A stretch of 40,523 nucleotides of DNA, from assembly GCA_035483615.1 (NCBI GenBank), contig DATHPT010000377.1, forward strand, positions 1 to 40,523. Direction: 5' to 3'. How positions within the stretch are numbered: position 1 is the first letter of the stretch; every line of letters begins with the position of its first letter. The notes beneath the pieces were generated by a model. That model did not search any database and was not told the origin of the DNA. It saw only the letters and a list, made by a program, of their open reading frames with translations. This DNA is from Solirubrobacteraceae bacterium. GTDB lineage: Bacteria; Actinomycetota; Thermoleophilia; Solirubrobacterales; Solirubrobacteraceae. A program made the translations under genes and the position numbers. Positions 38,188 to 40,523 of the stretch are shown here, piece after piece.

Positions 38188-38249
38188 CGCATATCGCCGA
38201 CGGTGTCCGGCCCCACCGGGGGCGCCGGACACCGTCAACGGGCTATGCG
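38188..38249 (-). terminator. Long GC-rich stem-loop between the PstS-like gene and ftsH
   Basis: 13-bp perfect inverted repeat GACGGTGTCCGGC (38199-38211) / GCCGGACACCGTC (38224-38236), with outer CGCATA/TATGCG pairing; no U tract. Confidence 0.6.
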
Positions 38250-38272
38250 AGAGGGCTGTCAGCCCATTCGTC

Positions 38273-40336
38273 CTATTTCTTTTTGCCTTTGGTTGCTTTT
38301 TTCTTGGGGGTGACGGCGGCCTGTGTGAGCGTGAGGGTCTTCGTCTTGCTCGCCGCGCTTCCACCGTTGGGGGTGAACGTCACCGTGATCTTCACGCTGA
38401 GCTTGTGGCCTTTGACCTTCGCGAGCTTCTTCAACGCCGCTTTGGAGATTGCGAGCGTCACGGTCCCGCTGCCGCTGGACACGGTTGCGCTGGCGCTCGA
38501 GACGGTCACACCACCACCGATCGCCTTTACCTGCACCTTGCCGGCGTCCGGCAGCACAAGCGACAGCACGATCGTCTTGCCCTTCACCTTCGCGCCGGCG
38601 AGCGAGAACGCGTTGCTCGGCGGAGCTGTGAGGATCGTGGTTGTCGGCGGTGTCGTTTTAGGCGCCGGGGAGACTGTTTTTACTTCTTCTTTGCTCCCGC
38701 CCGAACCTGCCGCCTTGTTCCAGTCGATCGCTTTGACGCCATTCTGGGCGAGCTGCTGGATGGAGGCGGGCAGAATGCCGTAGTCGGCGCCGGACAGCCC
38801 CGATTGACCGGTGGGGGACTCGACCGCGGTCAGATAGTCCTTGACGGTCCGGGCTCTTTCCTGCTCGATCTGGGTGTTGCCGAACACCGGCGCATCGTCA
38901 TCGAAGGCGAAGTCGTAGGTGATCGCGCAATCCGGATAGGTGACTGTGTCGAGGCTGCCCGTCGCGATCGCGTTCGACCAATCACCGAGGGTGGGGTCGC
39001 TCGCAGGCGTCGAGGGGATGTTGCGGTAATCGGCTTCCGTGCAGTTGGCGCCGAGCGTGGCGCCATTGCCGACGATGTGAGCCGTCGGGACCGCTGTCGG
39101 CTCCACATAGTTGGTGCCGACTTCGTTGGCTTTGCTCGGGTTGATCGTCTGCAGGGGAATCCAGTAGGTGTGATCGCCTGTGGTCTTTTCGATGTCGAAA
39201 TGTTCCTTGCGAGCGGTCGCCAGGTCCAGGTAGCTGATCGATCCATCTGTTTCTTTTACAGCGGTCGCGAGCGGTCCGCCTTTTTCGGCGCCGGCGACGC
39301 AGATGTTGCCGGCGTCGGTGCACACGTTCGAGACGACGCTTGGCGGCTTTGTGTTGTCGCTGGTGGTGACGGGCCAGACGTTGTTGTCACCGACGATCGG
39401 CGCCGTCGTCCAGAGCCCGGACGGGGCTCCCGGCAGGAGGCTCAGATATGCCTTGAAGTTGTACGTCGTGCCTGAGCCGTCCAGGCGCACGATGCGACGC
39501 ACCGGCACATTCTTGCATTCGCTGATCGATGCCTCTTGGGGGCTGGTCGGTTTGTCTTTGCCTTCGTTGTGCATGTGCACAATGCCTTTGCTGGTAAGGA
39601 CTTCTCCCCATGTGGTGGGGGTGCCGTCCCAGATCTTCTCCAGCTGCGCAGCGGTTATGTGCACACGCAGTGTCTTGTCGGTGAAGGTGTCGCCGGTGCC
39701 CTTGCCGGCCGGGTCGTTCGGGCCGCCTGTGGTCGTGTCTTCGTTGAGGCTGGTGGAGCCCGTTCCCGGATCTTCCAGTTCACAGCCTTCGGGGAAGTGA
39801 ACGATCACGGCTACCGCGGCCGCCGCGACTGGAATCTCGTGGATCACGCCGGGATTCGGCCCGCCGGCGGCTTCTGCGTTCGCCTTCTGAGTTGGGGTGA
39901 GCGGAGCGTCGCTGGCGGCGAAACGCGTTTCTGTCGCTCGCTGGCCGGCGACTGCCGTCCCGGCTTTGAAGTTCGAGCAGGTCGCTTCGGCGCCGGGGCC
40001 TCCACCGATCGCGGCTATGCCGCATCCGCTGCCGTCGGACTTGTAGGTGACGGGCGATGTCGAGATCGCACCTGAGCCGCATCCGAAGGAGCTGTAGAAC
40101 ACGCTCTGGGTCCAGAACTGTTCCTGAGCGGTCGCCTGCAACGAGGAGCCCTCGCCCTTGACGGCCGAGCCATGACAGGCAGCGATCGTGAAATCGGCGT
40201 GCGCAGATGGCGGCGCCACCGCAGTGGCGAGGCCCAAGGCGAGCACCGCACAGAACGCCGCCAAGGCGACGCGGATTCGGCCGCCCTCGGCGGCCACAGA
40301 AAGACTTACGCGCATTAGCGTGGGATGTCCTTTCAA
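38273..40336 (-). CDS. PstS-like phosphate-binding protein fused to a Lys-rich C-terminal beta-sandwich (likely start ATG 40315)
   Basis: Signal peptide ending AHA; VKGEGSSLQ, DGSGCG, ASDAPL, RLDGSGTTYNF, GSISYLDL, YPDCAITY; Thr/Pro linker and basic C-terminal domain. Confidence 0.87.
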   Translation of the reverse strand: MKGHPTLMRVSLSVAAEGGRIRVALAAFCAVLALGLATAVAPPSAHADFTIAACHGSAVKGEGSSLQATAQEQFWTQSVFYSSFGCGSGAISTSPVTYKSDGSGCGIAAIGGGPGAEATCSNFKAGTAVAGQRATETRFAASDAPLTPTQKANAEAAGGPNPGVIHEIPVAAAAVAVIVHFPEGCELEDPGTGSTSLNEDTTTGGPNDPAGKGTGDTFTDKTLRVHITAAQLEKIWDGTPTTWGEVLTSKGIVHMHNEGKDKPTSPQEASISECKNVPVRRIVRLDGSGTTYNFKAYLSLLPGAPSGLWTTAPIVGDNNVWPVTTSDNTKPPSVVSNVCTDAGNICVAGAEKGGPLATAVKETDGSISYLDLATARKEHFDIEKTTGDHTYWIPLQTINPSKANEVGTNYVEPTAVPTAHIVGNGATLGANCTEADYRNIPSTPASDPTLGDWSNAIATGSLDTVTYPDCAITYDFAFDDDAPVFGNTQIEQERARTVKDYLTAVESPTGQSGLSGADYGILPASIQQLAQNGVKAIDWNKAAGSGGSKEEVKTVSPAPKTTPPTTTILTAPPSNAFSLAGAKVKGKTIVLSLVLPDAGKVQVKAIGGGVTVSSASATVSSGSGTVTLAISKAALKKLAKVKGHKLSVKITVTFTPNGGSAASKTKTLTLTQAAVTPKKKATKGKKK

Positions 40337-40414
40337 GAGAGTCGGGATACGTCAGGAACAGATTCGATGAACGATCGCGAGTCTCACAGCGCTTACGGGC
40401 GAGCGCAATCCCTG

Positions 40415-40463
40415 TTTACAGAAGCGACACATCGTGGTCACAGCAGTGAAACATGTCCGTCAT
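40415..40463. promoter_or_regulatory. GlnR/MtrA/PhoP-type direct-repeat array (five pentamers at 11-bp period)
   Basis: TTTAC(40415)-N6-GACAC(40426)-N6-GTCAC(40437)-N6-GAAAC(40448)-N6-GTCAT(40459). Confidence 0.6.
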
Positions 40464-40523
40464 GGACAGGTGGCCGATGTTCACCACTTAATATCTGGGC
40501 GATAACGGCCTGATAACAACTTG

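Overview
High-GC actinobacterial DNA; the gene content and the basic C-terminal domains suggest Thermoleophilia/Solirubrobacterales (inference). The first 4 kb hold ordinary genes: a partial GT-C/MptB-like mannosyltransferase, cspA, a RibD-C reductase, MscS and uppP. Most of the rest is two paralogous, translationally coupled minus-strand clusters of large secreted or surface proteins. Module A (about 4.0-20.6 kb, lower GC) runs PstS-like > PKD protein > orphan atypical OmpR regulator > ~660-aa secreted protein > FN3/PKD protein > TolB-like propeller > 1524-aa membrane-anchored protein. Module B (about 26-40.3 kb, host-like GC) runs PstS-like+Ig > FtsH paralog > 567-aa protein > 1570-aa membrane-anchored protein > C-type-lectin-fold protein > two zinc-ribbon proteins > degenerate phosphoesterase. 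A third, ligand-site-degenerate PstS-like gene and a PHP-GT4/DUF2334 pair lie between the modules. No pstCAB, sortase, integrase, tRNA or CRISPR is visible. Several phosphate-related folds lack catalytic or binding residues. An 11-bp-periodic GTNAC-type direct repeat (OmpR/GlnR-like box) recurs upstream of five transcription units. The best candidate novel system is a duplicated PstS-like/FtsH-associated cell-surface assembly with its own regulon.
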